Shown in pieces: positions 44,271-53,527 of a DNA stretch of 64,000 bases. This stretch comes from a virus (taxonomy: Duplodnaviria; Caudoviricetes). The number at the start of each line of letters is the position of its first letter. Position 1 is the first letter of the stretch. The position numbers and the translations under genes were made by a program. Where the stretch lies: positions 65,635 through 129,634 of the IMG/VR virus record IMGVR_UViG_3300014204_000124, one strand, 5' to 3'. The notes beneath the pieces are model-generated. The model was not told where the DNA came from and did not search any database. It saw only the letters and a program-made list of their open reading frames with translations.

Positions 44271-44799
44271 AAAGAGGATTTGGGATGCTCTGAATGCTTC
44301 ATTTGTGAAGCAGGAAGATGGTTCATACATCCACCCAGACGAGGTAGAGCGTCGAATTGCCGAGTCTCAGCGTTTGGCGAAGAAGGCCGAGTTTCTCCAG
44401 GCGAGGGTTATGGGGAATATGGCGAAGGGATTCTCGTTGGTCTGCGCTTTCTGCAATCGATTGCAGGAGGGGTTAGATGTTGGTTTGCCCCATTGTGGGG
44501 TTATTGGATGTTGCGGACCTAAACATGGGGGGGAGTTTACGCAGTATGAAGGCGAGTTGCCAAGGAGTGCATTCGGGAATTGGTGTTTGGTTTGTGCCGA
44601 GAAGGCAACAGGCGGTTTTAGAGCGAAGGGTGGTACAGTCCTGTTTGGGGTGTGCCAAGATCATAAGGCAGTGTTTTTCGGCAAAGGGGGAGAACCTCGT
44701 ATGCCCGATTCAAGAGAGGGAGAACATGGATTTCGACAAAGTGATGCAGGCTGCGAAGTTGGTTCTGGAGGGGAAGCAGAACCCGGAGTCGTTGACTGA
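44263..44799 (+). CDS. Cys-rich metal-binding protein
   Basis: CAFC, C..GCC, CLVC, CQDH. Confidence 0.6.
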   Translation: MDKKRIWDALNASFVKQEDGSYIHPDEVERRIAESQRLAKKAEFLQARVMGNMAKGFSLVCAFCNRLQEGLDVGLPHCGVIGCCGPKHGGEFTQYEGELPRSAFGNWCLVCAEKATGGFRAKGGTVLFGVCQDHKAVFFGKGGEPRMPDSREGEHGFRQSDAGCEVGSGGEAEPGVVD

Positions 44800-45328
44800 G
44801 GGCAAGGTTTCTCGTGAGGCATTTGCCAAGTTGACGAAGTTCATTGTTCCCGACGTATCGGAGATGACCGCGATGCGCATTGTCCTGGACTACAAGAACG
44901 AGTCCGGGGAAGTGGTGGCTCAATTGGTGTTCCGAAAGGGCAAGGAGGACGCCATGTACTACCGTGGCAAGTCTGTTGGTGTGGATTCGCAGGAAGAGAG
45001 CACTTCCGGTGAACTGGGCGAGGCCGCTGGTAAGAAGTGGAGTCCTGGGGACGATGTCTTGATTTTCGCCAGGGCTGGCGGCCAGTTGCCTAACGATTTT
45101 GCTGCTTTGGACGTGGCTGAATATCGCGTGTTTGGTCTGGCAAAACGTGTTGACCCTGATGCGGAACTGAAGAAAGACGGCATGAAGCGATATTCTCTGA
45201 TTGACAAGTCTGCCAAGTCTGCCTTCATGGATGCCGCGAAGAAGGAAGGGTGGACCGTTGATGGGATGTCGTCTGTCTATACGGTAACCGTGACGGGAAT
45301 CGGCCCTCGTGGAGCCAGCCTGAAGTGA
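44726..45328 (+). CDS. putative internal head protein with multiple L-x-E motifs
   Basis: GGGAG RBS; MDFDKV...LVLEG...SLTEG...LGEA. Confidence 0.65.
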   Translation: MDFDKVMQAAKLVLEGKQNPESLTEGKVSREAFAKLTKFIVPDVSEMTAMRIVLDYKNESGEVVAQLVFRKGKEDAMYYRGKSVGVDSQEESTSGELGEAAGKKWSPGDDVLIFARAGGQLPNDFAALDVAEYRVFGLAKRVDPDAELKKDGMKRYSLIDKSAKSAFMDAAKKEGWTVDGMSSVYTVTVTGIGPRGASLK

Positions 45329-46080
45329 GAATCAGAGTACAGATAGACCCGAGAAGCCGGAAGGCTTTGCGAGAGCTCGCCAAGAATTTGAAGCGAGTTT
45401 CTGTGGACGTATTGGGTCGGGATTTGGCGAAGTCTTCTGCGGAAGAGTTGCGGGAACAAGTACATACCAAGCTCGTTGATGCCGGGTCGGGGGATCTCGC
45501 ACAGGAATTAGAATTGGTAGAGACAGATGGGGCATTTGGTTTGGCTGTGCTACCCAAGCGACGGCGTGTTGGGATGGAAGACCTTTTACCTAAACACGCT
45601 GTGTATGTCTTCGCCAGAACGGATGGCAAGGTGCGTCCATATGTGTCGTTGATGGAGCGTTTGAGTCCTTGGTTTGGCCCATTGATTCCTACGTTGCCCA
45701 GCGTAGTTTCAGCGGTTATCGTAATCCGAGAAGTTATGCCGACCGAGGCTGGTCGGTTGCGTGTATCGACCGAGCAGAATCGTGGGGAGGTATTGAAGGC
45801 AATGACGACTGACGGCATTGTGCCAAACATGCAGCGTGTGTCGGTGCTTTTTGACGTAGGATTTGCTGGTCAGCGAGCGGAGAGTGGGATAGGTAGAGAA
45901 GGGACGTTGGGGTTATGGCGGTCGAGTATCAGAGGATTTTTGCGTATTTCTCCTGAGATGATAGATAAGATAGAGCAAGTTTTGTTTGGTGGTAAGCGAA
46001 GGATCTTGACATCTTCGACCGGGTCTAGGAAACTAGGGGCGTCAGAAGCGAAGTTGATTGCAGATGACGCGCTTATATAA
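45325..46080 (+). CDS. putative tail completion/neck protein
   Basis: Position; basic N-terminus. Confidence 0.5.
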   Translation: MRIRVQIDPRSRKALRELAKNLKRVSVDVLGRDLAKSSAEELREQVHTKLVDAGSGDLAQELELVETDGAFGLAVLPKRRRVGMEDLLPKHAVYVFARTDGKVRPYVSLMERLSPWFGPLIPTLPSVVSAVIVIREVMPTEAGRLRVSTEQNRGEVLKAMTTDGIVPNMQRVSVLFDVGFAGQRAESGIGREGTLGLWRSSIRGFLRISPEMIDKIEQVLFGGKRRILTSSTGSRKLGASEAKLIADDALI

Positions 46081-46094
46081 GTGAGGAGGATACG

Positions 46095-46532
46095 ATGGGC
46101 AAGTTGAATCATAGCGAATTAAGTGGTGTTTTGACCGAGATGAAACTGAAGTTCAAGCTTGAAGAGGCGGAAATGACGGCTCAGGCTGTCTATGAAGACC
46201 TTGAGAGTAGGGGGCTCATGCAGGATGGCGAACTAGCGCAAGTGACAGAGGATGGGCAAGTTGTTTTCGGTGACCAGTTGGTGGAATCCGTAAACGGCAG
46301 CATCGATATATTGGTGCAGAGCGCCGCTGATACCGCTGTCAGCGAGTTTGACGGGTTGTCAGTGGAAGATGCCACCGAATATGTGGCAGCGTTCATTGAT
46401 GAGATGGTAGAAGATGGCGGACTGCCACCTCTTCCCGCCGAGGGTGATTCCGAGGCTGAGGCGCAGTGGGTGTCGGCTGCGATGGAGATAGATTTTGTGG
46501 AGTCATTCCTGGATTGGATGGAAGAAGAATAG
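46095..46532 (+). CDS. acidic head-associated protein
   Basis: GAGGAGG RBS; LTE, LEE, VTE, LVE motifs. Confidence 0.6.
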   Translation: MGKLNHSELSGVLTEMKLKFKLEEAEMTAQAVYEDLESRGLMQDGELAQVTEDGQVVFGDQLVESVNGSIDILVQSAADTAVSEFDGLSVEDATEYVAAFIDEMVEDGGLPPLPAEGDSEAEAQWVSAAMEIDFVESFLDWMEEE

Positions 46533-47231
46533 TTGGAGGATGCTGTGGTCCCTGTCATTACACCAAAGCACTTCGATGAGGGTGTGTTCAAACAGCTCGG
46601 TGGCGAGTTGGTTGAGGTGGAGCGTGAAGACAGTCGACTACGGTGTTACGCTGTCCTGCTGAAGGGGGTTGATGGTCCTTCTATTTTTGGGGGTGCAGTG
46701 CCGATTATTCATAGGTTTCCCCAAGAGGTAGTGACCGACTATCTGCTCCCTTGTTTTTGTCTCGTGCCTGGAGCCCCCGAAATAGATGATACTCGGATGA
46801 CGGGGGAAATGCCCGGTGAGCGGCGTCCTGCGGAGGATGCTGTTGTAACGACTGTCACGCGGCGAGATGGTACGGTTGTTTCGGGATACAGCAAATATGA
46901 AACAGTTCCGCCTGCATGGCCCTTTTCGTTACCGTACGAAATTGAGGCTCATGCGACATCCCGTCACGAAGAGCGTCCGATGTTTTTGCATATGCTCAAG
47001 AGATTCCCTAAAAATCGTGGTTGGGTTGTTGTTGCCGATAGTTCTGGGGAGGCCCGTACCTATACTGTGTTTTTCGAGGGGACGGGTGACCTAAGCGAGA
47101 TACAGGATATAGTGAGCAGGAAGCCTGGGAAGTCTATTTCGATTCGAGTAGAGGGAGAGATATCGTTGTTTGAAGCGGTTGAAGACACATCGGCTTTTGC
47201 GGGTGTCACCACGAGTTTGAGCCAACTATGA
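46533..47231 (+). CDS. putative tail terminator (gp15-like)
   Basis: VPII, LP, P.PFSLPYEI, IRVEG; lies upstream of the sheath gene. Confidence 0.55.
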   Translation: MEDAVVPVITPKHFDEGVFKQLGGELVEVEREDSRLRCYAVLLKGVDGPSIFGGAVPIIHRFPQEVVTDYLLPCFCLVPGAPEIDDTRMTGEMPGERRPAEDAVVTTVTRRDGTVVSGYSKYETVPPAWPFSLPYEIEAHATSRHEERPMFLHMLKRFPKNRGWVVVADSSGEARTYTVFFEGTGDLSEIQDIVSRKPGKSISIRVEGEISLFEAVEDTSAFAGVTTSLSQL

Positions 47232-47237
47232 GAGGAC

Positions 47238-47654
47238 GTGATGAAAGCATTTTTCACTAATATGCGTGGCAGGCAGGCGCTGGCGCTTCCAAACGGGGAA
47301 GTTGTTTCTCTTGCTCCGATGCGGTATTACCTATTCCCAGAGGGGACTAGAACGTCTGGCATAGAGGGGCTAACGATGGTATCTGTGTCTCCGGCACGGG
47401 TCGGGGAGATAGTGGATTTACGAGGGATTAAAGAGGAAGACAGGCCGGTCCCTGTTGTTGTTCCTTCTGCTGTTGAATTGGTGGGGCGGGAAGGTGTGAG
47501 TGGGATTCCGTTTGCTGCTGCTGTTGCCGAGTCGTTACCTTCGAATAGTGAGGTTCCGAAGCCGGTGCCCGTACAGGGGCATAAATTCGTTCCGAGAGTT
47601 TCAAAACAAAGGAATAATAGTAAGCCCCCAGAGGGCAGCCAAGAGAGGAGGTAG
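47238..47654 (+). CDS. hypothetical protein
   Basis: RBS; ORF before the sheath gene. Confidence 0.55.
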   Translation: MMKAFFTNMRGRQALALPNGEVVSLAPMRYYLFPEGTRTSGIEGLTMVSVSPARVGEIVDLRGIKEEDRPVPVVVPSAVELVGREGVSGIPFAAAVAESLPSNSEVPKPVPVQGHKFVPRVSKQRNNSKPPEGSQERR

Positions 47655-47657
47655 CAG

Positions 47658-50600
47658 ATGGTTCAGTCATACCCAGGTGTTGGGATTGAGCGTAGACCTA
47701 GTGGCAACGTTACGACTGCGGGCGCTGCTGCGTCTGCTATGGCGGTATGCGGGTACACTCATATGGGGAAGGAGGACGAAGTTTATCTTTCGACATCCCC
47801 GGAACAGTTTTTGGAGCAAGGTGGTCCTGACATGGCGTGGTGGTTAGTCCCGACTACAGTGACTGCATTTTTCCAGAATGGTGGGAAACGCGTGTACCAT
47901 GTTAGAGTGGTTCCTGCCGATGCTGTAGTGGCGGGATATGATATAACAGAGTTGATCAACTCTGAGACACCAGCTTTTGCACCTGTGCCTGACGGCCTTC
48001 GTGGGAAGGTGGCGGTTGCGGATCATAGCGGGACGCCAGAAAGCGATTTCGTGTTGACGTTGGCTCTGGCACCGATGGTTGACACGTTGGCCGTGACTAT
48101 TCCTGTAGCGGGGGCTCAGGTTGTAGAGGCGGCTGTTTTCGAGGGTGATTCTGTTGATCTCGAATTTAATTTAGCGCCGCCTGCTGCTACGCTTGCTACC
48201 AACGTGTCGGTTTATAATGATTTCGTAACCAAGTACAACGCTCACTGTGCTGATTTCGGCGTACCTCCGTTGGGGGTTCATATCGCTGCCGACGCTGTGA
48301 ATGTGATTGTTCCCAGCGCCACCCCGGATACAGCGACGTTTATCACCAAGATCAATAGTTTGCGGGCGGCTTTGTTTGCCCATGGTTCGAGCAACGTGTT
48401 TCATACGGCGCAAGATCCGACAGCACCGCCTGTTGGGGGTGTGGCCACCTATTCGGCAGCGGTTGTATTGCTACGTAAGTTAGTGACGTGGTATGAGGCG
48501 CATCGTGTGTTGGTTGGGGCAGGGCCTGTGCATACCAATGCTGATGCAGTGAATACTGTTAGTGCTGCTACGATTCTGTATCCGTACAACGCAACCGGGT
48601 CGGAGAAATTGGAACCCGGCTCTGTCGAGTTTGAGATTGGAGCAGCCACCTATTACGATAAGGGGGATGGTACGTTCATCGTCGCTGGCGACTTGAATGC
48701 GGGGACGGTCAATTATGCTACTGGTGCTGTATCGCTGACATTCGGCGTTGCTCCTGCTGTTGCCGCGACTGTCAATTTCCACAGAGTAGTGGATAGAACT
48801 ACGGCCACGTTTTACATTACGGCGGATGACGAGTTTGTTGACGTATTGGTGGGTGGCTCGTTCCCAGCCGCAATTCTTAATATTGCCGGTGTGAACGAAA
48901 TAGATAGGACGGCGAAGACCATCTCATTCAAGACGGCTTCTACTGTGATTGTGCCGGATGGGGCTCTCCAGGCTAATTACACAGACGTTACGACTACGGG
49001 CGATGTCGATTACACCAAGTTATATTGGAAGTTCGAATGCGTGGGCCGTGGAATTTATGGCAATGATATAGCCGCTGCTATCAGTGGGGAGGACACGTCT
49101 TTTGTTTCTGTTCTGTACGATCGTACGAAGGGAGCTACAGGAGATTGGGTCGATACCAATGGCAATGTTGTGGGCGTGAACCCTAATCTGGGGAAGTATC
49201 TCAAGTATAAGTTTACGGTTCGACAAACATCGGAGATAGGCGGTTCTGAGTTTGTGGATAAGGAGCCGTTTAGGGATCTGAATTTTTCCGATCCTGACAT
49301 GCCCAGCTATTTCCCGGATGTAATCAATGATCCTCTGACAGGGTCGAAGCTTTTGAAGGTTGTGACTCCGTATGGAGTTGGTATTCCAGAGTTTCTGGAC
49401 GCCGTAAAAACTACTGAGAATTTGAGGACCCATCCAGGTGGTATCGCCATTGTGGGTGATAATGCGACTAGCCACTATGCGGCTCGTTTGCCTTCTGCGT
49501 ATTCCGGTACGAGAGGATTTTTGGAGCAGACGTTACGGTTAACGTATACCGATTCATTGGGGGCGTCTCAGATTGTGTACGATGATGGGACGGGGCGTCT
49601 CATTGGTAACGTGAATGCTGGGGGGGCGAATACAGTTGATTATGATACGGGCATTATCGATGTAACGTTCCGCACTCCGGTTGGTAATGCGTTGAGCGTG
49701 GAGGCAATTTATTATCTTAACCCTTCTGAGTCGGAGGGAACATTTAGGTTGACAGGTGGTTCAAATGGGAGTGGGGTTATCTCTTCTTCTGTGACGGTCA
49801 ACGGGGCGTTGGATGCCACCAAGCGTGGCATTTATGCGTTCAAGACAATTGAAGAACCTCTAACCGGTCCGCTCGTTCCAGATTTGGCTGGTAACGCTGT
49901 TGTAGACATGCTGATCGTGGCTTTCTGCGAAGCCAGGAAGAACTTCTTTCTACCTATAGTTGGACCTCGGGGCATGAGTGCCGCCACGACTCGGCACTAC
50001 AGGAAGGCGGTGCTCGGGGTGAACACTAGTTACGGAGCCATGTATGCTCCATGGATCAAGATTGTTGATCCGATATTGAGTTCTGTTGTTTCGTTCCCTC
50101 CGCTGGGGCACATAGCCGGGATTTATGCGCGTGTTGACAGTGAACGTAACGTAGGAGAGACTCCTGCTGGTACGGAGAAGGGGAAAATATATGGAGCCGT
50201 GGGGCTCGAAACGATTTTCACCAAAGAGGAAGTCGGGATACTGAACGAGGCGGGAGTCAACTGCATCGTTGATTGGCCGCAGACGGGCAGGGTTGTGTGG
50301 GGAGGCCGAACGCTTTCGTATACTTCCGAGTGGAAGTACATTAGTGCCAGACGGTTGTTTACCCATGTTGAGATGTCGTTGTATCTAGCCACTTGGTGGG
50401 CCTGTTTCGAGAACAACGGGGCGAACCTTAGATTGAGGCTTTTCAATCAGGTGTATAATTTCCTCAGAGGGTTATACAACGAAGGGTACTTCAACGCTAA
50501 TGCCAAGAGTGAGGGAGAAGCATTTTACGTTGTTTGCGATGATTCGAACAATCCTCAGTCGGTAGTTGATGCTGGGCAGGTGCTTTGCGACGTTTATATT

Positions 50601-50669
50601 GCGCCATCGAAGCCTGCTGAGTTTGTCCGGCTTCGGTTTACCCAGATCACGCAGGGCGCGTCAACTTAG
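47658..50669 (+). CDS. contractile tail sheath protein with large insertions
   Basis: YPGV.IE, FFQNGG, YAPW, PP.GHIAGIYAR.D, VWGGRTL, YISARR, FENN, KPAEFV. Confidence 0.95.
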   Translation: MVQSYPGVGIERRPSGNVTTAGAAASAMAVCGYTHMGKEDEVYLSTSPEQFLEQGGPDMAWWLVPTTVTAFFQNGGKRVYHVRVVPADAVVAGYDITELINSETPAFAPVPDGLRGKVAVADHSGTPESDFVLTLALAPMVDTLAVTIPVAGAQVVEAAVFEGDSVDLEFNLAPPAATLATNVSVYNDFVTKYNAHCADFGVPPLGVHIAADAVNVIVPSATPDTATFITKINSLRAALFAHGSSNVFHTAQDPTAPPVGGVATYSAAVVLLRKLVTWYEAHRVLVGAGPVHTNADAVNTVSAATILYPYNATGSEKLEPGSVEFEIGAATYYDKGDGTFIVAGDLNAGTVNYATGAVSLTFGVAPAVAATVNFHRVVDRTTATFYITADDEFVDVLVGGSFPAAILNIAGVNEIDRTAKTISFKTASTVIVPDGALQANYTDVTTTGDVDYTKLYWKFECVGRGIYGNDIAAAISGEDTSFVSVLYDRTKGATGDWVDTNGNVVGVNPNLGKYLKYKFTVRQTSEIGGSEFVDKEPFRDLNFSDPDMPSYFPDVINDPLTGSKLLKVVTPYGVGIPEFLDAVKTTENLRTHPGGIAIVGDNATSHYAARLPSAYSGTRGFLEQTLRLTYTDSLGASQIVYDDGTGRLIGNVNAGGANTVDYDTGIIDVTFRTPVGNALSVEAIYYLNPSESEGTFRLTGGSNGSGVISSSVTVNGALDATKRGIYAFKTIEEPLTGPLVPDLAGNAVVDMLIVAFCEARKNFFLPIVGPRGMSAATTRHYRKAVLGVNTSYGAMYAPWIKIVDPILSSVVSFPPLGHIAGIYARVDSERNVGETPAGTEKGKIYGAVGLETIFTKEEVGILNEAGVNCIVDWPQTGRVVWGGRTLSYTSEWKYISARRLFTHVEMSLYLATWWACFENNGANLRLRLFNQVYNFLRGLYNEGYFNANAKSEGEAFYVVCDDSNNPQSVVDAGQVLCDVYIAPSKPAEFVRLRFTQITQGAST

Positions 50670-50678
50670 GGGTAACCT

Positions 50679-51107
50679 ATGGGATTCCTACGAACGCCAA
50701 TGATGACGAGGCAGAGCACGGTCGCCGGGGTGAACCTCGACGGCCTTGCTCCACTGTCTGTCTCCACCGTAATCAATAGGCGAGAAGTGTTTGTAGCTTC
50801 GTCCAGTGGTGGTCTTTTCGAGTTACGAACGGACTATTCGCATGTTGTTTGGCAGATCCGGTTGAGGGCTGAAACGGCTACAGGGTATACAATTTCTGTT
50901 CTCAATGATAACGGGGAAGAGTTTGTATATCAGACTGTTTCTGGCGTTATAGGCGGTGTTTCTGTTGTTTTATCGAACCTGCGGCTGCACTTGTGCGGCG
51001 GGGATGCTCTGAAGGTTGTCACTGTCGGCATTGGTGGCGGTGACCCAACCGGGGCGATGTGTGAGGTTTTTTCCAGGGTGGAAGATTCAATGAGTAGTCC
51101 TTACTAA
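50679..51107 (+). CDS. hypothetical beta-rich virion protein
   Basis: Lies between sheath and tube genes. Confidence 0.6.
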   Translation: MGFLRTPMMTRQSTVAGVNLDGLAPLSVSTVINRREVFVASSSGGLFELRTDYSHVVWQIRLRAETATGYTISVLNDNGEEFVYQTVSGVIGGVSVVLSNLRLHLCGGDALKVVTVGIGGGDPTGAMCEVFSRVEDSMSSPY

Positions 51108-51119
51108 GGGGGAGATACA

Positions 51120-51641
51120 ATGGCACGAGCACAAACAGACGATTTGCTGCACGGGTTTAAGTTCAGGGCATATGCTGCGTATGATGACAACGACGATTGG
51201 TTCAAGCTTACCGACACGACCCAGGCTGGGTTCAACACTATCACCAATCCAGAGACGACGGTGGAAGTAACCGAATATCGGGAAGGTATGATGGTTTTTA
51301 CCCACAAAGATCCCGGCGTTCCTACGCAGAACGATATTTCCCTCACAAGGGGTACTGTACTGCATGATACGATGTTTTGGACCTGGATTAAGAAGGTAAT
51401 CATGGGTGGCAACTACCGAGTTACGCTCGGGACATATCAGTTCCACCGGCAAGCCCAGGTCTCGGAAGAACTAGCACCCGACAATGATATGAGTGACGAG
51501 TTAGCCAATCATTATCAGATGCACCAAGCGTTTTGTATGCGAGTCAAGCCCGCTGGGGATTTGGATGCTTCGGCGTCCGATATCTCTATTCAGGAGATGG
51601 ATGTGTCATATGAGTATTGGGATTATGCTCCGAGTAATTAG
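51120..51641 (+). CDS. tail tube protein (gp19-like)
   Basis: AGF..I..P, EYREG, PG, ISLTRG, FWTW, DLDA..SDISI. Confidence 0.9.
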   Translation: MARAQTDDLLHGFKFRAYAAYDDNDDWFKLTDTTQAGFNTITNPETTVEVTEYREGMMVFTHKDPGVPTQNDISLTRGTVLHDTMFWTWIKKVIMGGNYRVTLGTYQFHRQAQVSEELAPDNDMSDELANHYQMHQAFCMRVKPAGDLDASASDISIQEMDVSYEYWDYAPSN

Positions 51642-51662
51642 GTCATACTATATGAGGCGTCT

Positions 51663-52286
51663 ATGCCCCGTTCAAGAATTCAAGACCGTTTGCACAACTA
51701 CGCTTTTTGGCTAGTTGACGTATCTCCCACATTTACTTTCCCGTTTTATGCTCTGTTGCCGGTATTCGGATTTTCTTCTATCACAGCTCCTGAGATTACG
51801 TTGAACATGCGTGAAGTAGCACAGGCGAACCGAATGCTTCCTGTTCAGGTAGTAGAGAGTGCATCTGTGTCACCGTTGACATTGACCAGAGGTTCTTCGC
51901 TATTCGAGAGTGATTTTTGGCGATGGTTGCGGCAGGTGATGCACGGTCATTCTAACGTGAGGAAGGATTTTCTATTGATACAGTTTGTAGGTGGCGGGGC
52001 AGAGCATTCTACAGCTTTTGCAGCGACAGCGGGGTTATCGGTTGGTTTAGCTCTCAGCGGGGTCGCCTTGACGGGTGTTGCTACTGTGTTGACTGCGTTG
52101 GCGGTGGGGACTCCGATTCCCGATGAAGGGTGGGGCTCCAAGATCCCGGCCAAGAGTTGGATTCTGCGGTCATGCAAGCCTTCGAGGTACAAGGTTTCTG
52201 GGGATTTTGATGCAACGAGTAGTGATGTTTCGATACAAGAGTTGGATTTGGTTATGGAAGACTTTGAAGAAGTTGCTTTATTGTAG
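51663..52286 (+). CDS. second tail tube paralog with a hydrophobic insertion
   Basis: GFSSITAPE, LTLTRG, FWRW, DFDATSSDVSIQEL. Confidence 0.85.
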   Translation: MPRSRIQDRLHNYAFWLVDVSPTFTFPFYALLPVFGFSSITAPEITLNMREVAQANRMLPVQVVESASVSPLTLTRGSSLFESDFWRWLRQVMHGHSNVRKDFLLIQFVGGGAEHSTAFAATAGLSVGLALSGVALTGVATVLTALAVGTPIPDEGWGSKIPAKSWILRSCKPSRYKVSGDFDATSSDVSIQELDLVMEDFEEVALL

Positions 52287-52301
52287 GAGGCGGAGGGACC
52301 A

Positions 52302-52406
52302 ATGGGAATGAAGATTCGGTTTTGGGGCAGCATTTTGCGTAGGAACCCTCAATTTGTTGGTCTTTTGATTGTTTATCTGTTCATTCTTTGTACGGTGTTT
52401 GGATAG
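52302..52406 (+). CDS. 34-aa membrane peptide (not in ORF track)
   Basis: GGAGG RBS; MGMKIRFWGSILRRNPQFVGLLIVYLFILCTVFG. Confidence 0.5.
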   Translation: MGMKIRFWGSILRRNPQFVGLLIVYLFILCTVFG

Positions 52407-52451
52407 GGTTTTGGCGCACTAGGGCGTCGCAAAGTTGTTTTAGGGGGGGCA

Positions 52452-53024
52452 ATGAATTGGTCTGTCTTTATTATTCCGCAGGCAGTTCATGACCCTGTCA
52501 CACTACAGTCAAGCTGGTATTGGGCATTAGCGGCAGTAGCGGGGACTATCGGGACTTTGGGCGTAGCGTGGATGAAACTGCGGCAAGAGGAAGCACGGGC
52601 ACGCGCGGCGAAGGCAGTCGAGGAGTCCGAGAAGTTGCGTGTTATGAGTCAGCATTTAGGAGAGTCATTGGCGGCGATGCGAGCGGCAGTTTCGGCTATA
52701 ACATCGTGTGCCATGGTATCGTCTGACAAGGTAGCGCAATTGATTTCGTGTTCCGAACAGTCTCTTCTGGCTTTGTCTCGTTTGGAACCGAGTTTCAAGG
52801 CGTTGTTATCTGAGCATCTGGGTTTGGACAATGGGGGGGTGACTGTAGACGACGTTTACCGAGAACTGGAGCGTCTTGCTGGTATGCTAGAAACATGCAG
52901 GCAATGTCAGGCCATGAGGCCAGAGGAACGAGAGCGGATAGTCAAAGGATTGGAGAAAGTTGTGGGGAGGGAGGCGATGGAGCGGCTTATGGTGAAGGTA
53001 GTTCGGGGGAAGAAAAATGGTTGA
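52452..53024 (+). CDS. N-anchored membrane coiled-coil protein (holin/spanin candidate)
   Basis: One TM helix (WYWALAAVAGTIGTLGVAW) then coiled coil. Confidence 0.55.
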   Translation: MNWSVFIIPQAVHDPVTLQSSWYWALAAVAGTIGTLGVAWMKLRQEEARARAAKAVEESEKLRVMSQHLGESLAAMRAAVSAITSCAMVSSDKVAQLISCSEQSLLALSRLEPSFKALLSEHLGLDNGGVTVDDVYRELERLAGMLETCRQCQAMRPEERERIVKGLEKVVGREAMERLMVKVVRGKKNG

Positions 53025-53151
53025 TACTGTCCTTATCATAGGTGAGATAGAGCCTGATGTTGTGTTGGCGGTGGGATGTGATAGTATGTCTTTGGTGGAA
53101 GGGGATGTAATTCCAACAGCGGGGATTGAAGAGGTTGCCGTGGAGGTTTGA
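53017..53151 (+). CDS. 44-aa acidic peptide (not in ORF track)
   Basis: Overlaps the upstream stop and ends 1 nt before the next ATG. Confidence 0.45.
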   Translation: MVDTVLIIGEIEPDVVLAVGCDSMSLVEGDVIPTAGIEEVAVEV

Positions 53152-53152
53152 G

Positions 53153-53527
53153 ATGGGTTCCGAGCGAACTATTTGGTTGGTACGAGGGACTGACAAGACG
53201 ATTCGTGTCGTCGTGAGGGAAGCGGACGGCTCACCGTTTGATTTGACATCCTGTGTGGGATATTTGACAGTCAAATATCGGAAGGAAGATACGACGAGCA
53301 AGGTTCAGAAATCGACGAGTATAGCGTCGGCGGGGGCCATTGTTTCGGCTGCTGGTGGAGTTATGGAGTTTTACCTATTGGCCTCTGATTCGGCGCTGTG
53401 GGTTCCCGATTCGTATGTGTACGATGTGCGCGTTGTCAAGACAGTGGCTGTTGGCCCGCCCACTGTGACGAGGCAGTATTCTGTTGTTTCTATGAGCCGG
53501 TTAGAGGTTCAGTACAATGTCGGGTAG
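53153..53527 (+). CDS. BppU N-terminal-like virion protein
   Basis: RG.D..I.V....DG.PFDLT...YVYDV. Confidence 0.65.
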   Translation: MGSERTIWLVRGTDKTIRVVVREADGSPFDLTSCVGYLTVKYRKEDTTSKVQKSTSIASAGAIVSAAGGVMEFYLLASDSALWVPDSYVYDVRVVKTVAVGPPTVTRQYSVVSMSRLEVQYNVG

